A DNA stretch of 64,000 nucleotides from Rhizaria sp. SCN 62-66 (lineage: Eukaryota): NCBI GenBank assembly GCA_001724265.1, contig MEDY01000140.1:1-64000 (forward strand), given 5' to 3'. Shown here piece after piece: positions 59,159 to 64,000 of this stretch. The first letter of the stretch is position 1, and every line of letters starts with the position of its first letter. The translations under genes and the position numbers were made by a program. The notes below the pieces were generated by a model. It worked only from the letters and a program-made list of their open reading frames with translations. It ran no database searches and was not told the DNA's origin.

Positions 59159-62100
59159 ATGTCCGAAGACTCTGCGGACACCACGACATCTATTCTTGAC
59201 GATCTTGTACGTTTTATAATCGTGCTTTGCGTAATGTTGCTTTATCCTCGCATCTTGTTCTTACCTGGCATATCCTTCTTTCCTGCCTGAACCCGGCTCC
59301 AACTGACACGACATCACCTTGACTTCTGACCACTCTCTCATACCATTTGCTTCTCAACATAGAACGGCTCGTTCGCCGAGCGCCACGGTGACCTTCTAGC
59401 GGATGTTGCTGACGTGACCGTTGGCGACGCTGGCGAGTGGTCCAACACCATTCCCGAAGACGCCGAGGAGGCCGAGGACGATAACGAGAACGTTGCCCCG
59501 CTCCCCAGCGCTCCCCCCACCGCCCGCGCCGCCGCGACCGCTGCCGCCGCCGCGCGCACCAGCAAGACCGCCGTTGTTGCCGCATCTACTGGCGTGAAGC
59601 GCTCGCTGACTGCGCGCCCTGGGCTCTCCGTTGCGGGCACGTCCCGCGCCAGCCTCGCGGCGGGCTCTGTGCCCTCGGCCTCCGTCGCGGGCTCCAGCCG
59701 CCTCTCGGTGGCCCCCAGTGCGGGCGTGCCGCGCTGCGCGACGTCGCGCCTTACGCTGAGCAGCTCCGCGTCGGTCTCGGCCGCGGCAGCGCTGTCTGCG
59801 GGCGACCAGGGCAAGCTGCGCGACCTGGAGCGCAAGATGAAGGAGCTGAACCAGCAGCTCAACGACAAGGCCCGCGAGGCCGCGCAGGCCGCCGCCGCGC
59901 GCGACGCCGCCGAGCGCGCGGCCAAGCTCGCCAAGGACGAGAGCGAGAAGCTGCGCGCGCGCGTGGCCGAGTCGCGCGAGGAGGTCCGACTGGCGGGCGC
60001 CGAGAAGACGCGGCTCAGCAAGGAGCTCGCCGGGCTCCAGAGCCGCCTCACGGGTGCAAGCAAGGACGCGGACAAGATCGCCGCGCTCGAGGCAACGAAG
60101 AAGGAGATTGCTGCGCAGCACCAGGAGCAGAGCAAGAAGGCCGACGCCGCGGCCAAGGCGCTCAAAGACGCCGGCCGCCGCGCCGAGGAACTGGAGCGCG
60201 AGATGCAGCAGCAGGCGCGCGCGCACGAGGACGCCACGGCCGCGCTCGAAGCCAAGGTTGCCGCCGCTGAAGCCGCGACGGCCGCGCAGAAGGACGCCGC
60301 GTTCAAGGTGGCCGAGCAGATGCGTATGCTCGAGGGCCGGCTCTCCGACGCGCAGTTGCAGTCGCTGCGTGACGCACAGGGCCAAGAACACGAGGTCTCC
60401 AAGGTGCGCGAGCTTGTCGACGCCGAGCGCGACGCCAAGAAAGAGGTCCAGACCGCGCTGGAGAAGGCGCAGCGCGCGCTGGCGCAGTCTGAGGCCGAGC
60501 GCGAGCGCCTCATCGGGCAGGTCGCGACCGCCAACGTGCAGACGGGCAACGCGACCGCGGACCTGGAGGCCGCGCGCGCCGAGAATGCTGCTGCCAAGGC
60601 GCGCCGGCTCGAGATGACCGAGAAGCTTATCGCGCTCGAGGCCGAGCAGGCCGCGCGCGCTCAGGAGGCAGCCGCGCTGACCGAGCAGCTCGCCGCGGCC
60701 GTGGCCGAGACTGAGACTCTGACTGCCGCCCGCGATGAGCTGCTCAGCGAGCGCGACGCCGCGCAGCAGGCCGCCGAGGAGCTCGCCGCCGCCGTCGCGG
60801 CCACGCAAGCCGAGCTCGAGGTAGCGCGCGGCGATGCGGCGGGCCAGTCGCAGCGCGCGGCCGCCGCCGAGGAGCAGAGCACCGAGCTGCAGGCCACGCT
60901 TACCGCGACCGAGTCCGCGCTTGCCAACGCCGTGGCGCAGATGGGCGCGCTGGGCACCGACGAGAAGCGGCTCCAGACCGAGCTCGCGGCCGCGCGCAAG
61001 CGCCAGCAGGACCTCGAGGCGCTCGTAGCTACTGCTGACGGCCGCGTTGACGAGCTCGAGGAGGAGCTGGCCGGCGCTAAGGCCGAGATCGCGCGTGTCG
61101 GCGAGGAGCTCGCGGGCAAGAGCGAGGAGCTGGTCAAGTACGAGGAGATGTGGACCGCTTGCGAAAAGAATCTCAATGAGACCAAGGTCGCGCTTGCCTC
61201 CTCTGAGGACGCGTGCTCCACTCTCAAGGATCAGCTTGCTTCCGCGGAGGCTGCTGCCGAGACCGCCGCCGCCGAGCACGCCGCCGCTGCTGCCACCGCG
61301 TCCGAGAAGCTCGTCGCCTCCGAGGCCGCGCACGTCGAGACGACCGCCGCGCTTGCCGCCGCCACCGCCCGCGGTGACTCGCTCGCCGCCGAGCTCGCCA
61401 CCGAGCAGAGCGCGCACAGCGAGACGCGCACCGAGCTTGCCAGCACCGAAGCCGCGCGCGCCGCTGCTGCAGCCGAGTGCGAGTCGCTTCGCGGCTCCCT
61501 CGACGGCACCGGCGCGAACCTGAGCGAGACCGCCGCCGCGCTGGCCGCTGCTTCCGCGCAAGCCGCCGCTTTCGGCGAGGACAAGACCGCGCTCGAGGCC
61601 ACCGTTGCCGAGCTGCGCGCCGCACTAGCTGCGCTTCAGACCGCCAAGGCCGAGGGCGACGCCGCTGCTGATGCCGCCGCCGCTGCCGCGCGCGAGGCTG
61701 CCAACGCAGCCGCTAAGGCTGCCGCAGCTGCTGCTGAGGCCGCCGCCGACGAGATCGAGCGCCGTGACGCCGCCATTGCTGAGGCCCAGGCCGAGCGCGA
61801 CGTCGCCCAGGCCGCTCTCGAGGACTCCGCTGCGCAGCTGACCGCTGCCAAGGCCGCCAGCGACGCACTGCGCGCTGACATCGCCGCCCTGCGCGAGAAG
61901 AACGCGGGTAGCGAGGTCGAACGCGGCGCCGCTGCTCTGCGCGCCGACGAGTTCGAGTCCGCGCTCACTGAGGCCAAGGCCGTGAGTGAGCGCATCGAAC
62001 AGTCGCTGGGCAAGTCGCAGGCGGCGCTTGCGGCGTCCGAGGCCGCGGTCAAGGCGCTCCGCAGCGACAAGGCCCAAGTTGAGGACGAGCTCGCGACCGC

Positions 62101-64000
62101 GCAGGCCGCGCTGTCCAGCGCTGAGGGCTCACTGGCGACTGTGACCGGCGAGCTCAAGGCTGCGCGCATCGCGATCGAGGAGGCCAACGTGGCCAAGGAC
62201 GAGACCGCGACCGAGCTGGCCACGGCCCGCGGCGAGCTTGCCGCGCGCGAGAGCGAGCTGGCGAAGCTGCAGGTAATCAAGGCGCGTCTGGAGGAGAACT
62301 ATGAGCAGGCCAAGTCCGCTATCAGCGAGGCCGACGCCGAGTGCGGCGATCTGGGCCGCGAGCTTGACGAGACCAAGGCCGCGCTCGCCGACGCGCTCGC
62401 CGACGCCGCGGCCAACGCGCGCGAGACTGAGTCGGTGCGCCGCGCGCTGGAGCTGTCGCGCAAGACGACCGAGGAGACGCTGCACGAGCTCGAGTCGGTG
62501 CGCCAGCTGCGCTCGTCAACTGATTCGCGCATGTGCGAGACGGAGACCAAACTGACTGCCGCGCTGGCCCAGGCCGAGGAGCTCTCCGCCAAGCTCGTTG
62601 TCACGACCAGCCAGAATAAGGCGCTGGGCACGGAGCTGGAGGAGCTCCGCCGCAGCAAGCACGCGCAGGAGGAGAAGCTGCTTTGCACGCAGGACGAGGT
62701 CGCTGTGCTGCAGTCTAAGCTCGACTCTGCCACGCGCGCTGATGCCGCCGCGCGCGCGCAGCTCGCCGAGACGTCCGCCGCGCTTACCAGCACCGCAGCG
62801 TCTCTTGAGACGGCCGAGGCGGCGCTCGCGCAGTCGCAGGATGCCGCCGTGACGGCCACGTCCCGCGCCGAGCTCGCCGAGGAGCGCGTCCAGGAGCTCC
62901 AGCAGCTCCAGGAGGGCTCCGCGTCCGATTCGCGCCAGCTCAAGACGGAGCTGCTCGAGGCCAACCGGCGCATCGAGACGCTGCGCGCGCGCGAGCGCGA
63001 GCTGAGTCAGTGCGAGGAGAAGCAGCGCGAGCGTGCGACGGCGCAGGAGCTGCGCGCGGGCAATGCCGAGGAGGCGTTGCTCGCGGCTGAGCGCGCGCGT
63101 TCCGAGCTCGAGCTGGCTCTTGCGACCGCCAAGGACGAGCTTGCCAACAGCACCGACGCCGTGAGCCGCGGCGACAAGAAGCTCACGAAGCGCAACGAGG
63201 CGTACCAGACGCTTAAGGGCGAGCTAGACGAGGTGCAGAAGCGGCTCCGCGACGCCGAGGGCCGCGAGCGCGAAGGCGCCAAGGCCAGCGAGGCGCTCGC
63301 GCGCCGTCTGGAGCACTTCGAGTGCGAGCACGCCAACGTGTCGCAGCAGCTCGCGCAGGTGCAGCAGGCGCTGGCCGAGGCCAAGTCCGTGCGCTCGCAG
63401 ATCGAGATGGCGCACCGCGCGGCGTCGACCTCGCTCGAGGAGTACAACACCGCGCTCGCGGAGGCCAACGCCAACACCGAGGCCGCGGCTGCCGACGCCA
63501 CCAAGCAGCGCGAGGCCCGTCGCGCGGCGTGCGCCGAGGTCGCTGTGCTCAAGCGCCGCGAGCTTGATCTCCGCGCTGAGGTCGAGGGCCTCCAGGAGCA
63601 GATCAAGCAGAAGGACGTGCGCATCAAGACGCTTACGTCGGTGCAGATCTCTCTGCGCCCTGCACCCGCGTCCTCGACGGCGGCCGTCTCTGCTGCCGCG
63701 CCCGCCGCAGCCACCGCTCCTGTCGCCGCCAGTGCGGAGCCTGTCGCCGCGAGCGTGACCAAGGTCGCCTCAGTCTCTGCTGCCGCTCCTGCCGCGGACG
63801 CCGGCACCGACCTCCCCGCCGCCGTCACCGCCGCGTCGCTGCGTACGTCCACGCGCGCGCGCGGTGGCATTCTCTCCGCGCTTGGCAGTAGCAACACGCG
63901 CCGCGCCGCTGCGGCTGCGCCCGAGGGCGGTGAGTTTGAGAAGCCCGCCGCCGCGCCCGCCGCTGGCACGGCGCGCCGCTCAACGCGCGCCGCCGCCGCG
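59159..64000 (+). CDS. Long Ala/Glu-rich coiled-coil protein, 3'-partial; exons 59159-59206 and 59363->64000
   Basis: ATG 59159, GTACGT donor 59207, acceptor 59362; the frame reads as heptad-like A/E/L/K/R sequence to the window end with no stop seen, hence absent from the ORF track. Confidence 0.85.

Noticed and set aside
59338-63969. Long minus-strand ORFs (e.g. 59396..61561, 63007..63969)
   Set aside because: Antisense shadows of the plus-strand coiled-coil gene caused by GC-rich codon bias; no motifs
1-64000. tRNA (including a CUA-anticodon tRNA) or rRNA genes
   Set aside because: No cloverleaf or rRNA signature recognised by eye in the intergenic gaps; tRNAscan-SE would be needed to exclude

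Overview
Eukaryotic (protist-like) gene-dense DNA: GC-rich, Ala-rich coding sequence separated by short AT-rich intergenic gaps, with 16 short spliceosomal introns (123-267 nt) that all begin GTAC. About 17 protein genes: two tandem divergent uracil-DNA-glycosylase (UNG-family) paralogues, aspartate aminotransferase, ALG11, RPC25, a USP20/33-like deubiquitinase, TMEM128-like, DIS3L2, a sphingosine/DAG-kinase-family protein, a ~5,270-aa PHD/ePHD + ATAD2-type AAA protein, SERF, a small TPR protein, an unknown membrane protein, a PRCC-like protein, DUF3228, a kinesin and a 3'-truncated coiled-coil protein. Main discovery: TAG occurs in frame inside otherwise intact genes at six or more sites, including conserved domains, while genes end in TAA or TGA. 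This points to a nuclear genetic code in which UAG alone is a sense codon, most likely Gln. Second: both UNG paralogues keep the catalytic Asp/His but carry substitutions in the base-specificity pocket (GQDPY to GQDPC/GQDPM; Asn to His in one), suggesting a substrate other than uracil. Family assignments are from motif recognition only; no searches were run.
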